A stretch of DNA of 64,000 bases from NCBI RefSeq assembly GCF_963921235.1, contig NC_086109.1, forward strand, positions 25,854,001 to 25,918,000, read 5' to 3'. Each line of letters starts with the position of its first letter. The stretch's first letter is position 1. Source of the DNA: Mobula hypostoma (lineage: Eukaryota). Below, in pieces: positions 63,620-64,000 of this stretch. The notes under the pieces were generated by a model. The model searched no databases. It was given only the letters and a program-made list of their open reading frames with translations, and had not been told where the DNA came from. The translations under genes and the position numbers were made by a program.

Positions 63620-64000
63620 CAGGCCACACTTAGATCCCCTCCAGTTTGCCTACCAGCCCCGACTAGGAGTTGAGGATGTCTACACCCACCTGGACAAGCC
63701 AGCGAGCACTGTGAGGGTCATGTTTTTTGACTTCTCCAGTGCGTTCAACACCATCTGCCCTGCTCTGCTGGGGGAGAAGCTGACAGCGATGCAGGTGGAT
63801 GCTTCCCTGGTGTCATGGATTCTTGATTACCTGACTGGCAGACCACAGTACGTGTGCTTGCAACACTGTGTGTCCGACAGAGTGATCAGCAGCACTGGGG
63901 CTTCACAGTGGATTGTCTTGTCTCCCTTTCTCTTCACCATTTACACCTCGAACTTTAACTACTACACAGAGTCTTGTCATCTTCAGAAATTTTCTGATGA
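63620..64000 (+). mobile_element. Rex1/Babar RT fragment running off window end
   Basis: LDPLQFAYQPRLGVED, VRVMFFDFSSAFNT, WILDYLTGRPQ, LSPFLF, QKFSD. Confidence 0.88.

Noticed and set aside
1-64000. CRISPR arrays, operons or other prokaryotic systems
   Set aside because: The sequence is vertebrate with spliceosomal introns; no regularly spaced repeat-spacer array was seen.

Overview
Repeat-rich vertebrate genomic DNA. The mix of CR1, Rex1/Babar, Penelope, HERO, Tc1, Tigger, hAT-Charlie, Gypsy and tRNA-SINE repeats suggests a cartilaginous fish, probably a ray (inference). The only confidently identified host gene is the 5' part of a STRIP1/STRIP2 (FAM40, STRIPAK complex) gene on the minus strand. 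Its coding exons 1-5 lie at 14453-14611, 8053-8122, 4947-5021, 4030-4164 and 1614-1734, all GT-AG and in frame, and it continues off the left edge. Its compact CpG-rich promoter carries TCTCGCGAGA and CRE motifs. The remaining ~49 kb is mostly decayed and nested transposons. The two most interesting signals are (i) recurrent short fold-back insertions derived from Penelope termini, flanked by 10-15 bp target-site duplications and carrying minimal hammerhead-ribozyme cores, and (ii) plus-strand exon-like segments, two of them clean and in frame near 62 kb, suggesting an unannotated and possibly decaying RGS-domain-like gene divergent from STRIP. All calls were made by eye; boundaries of old repeats are approximate.
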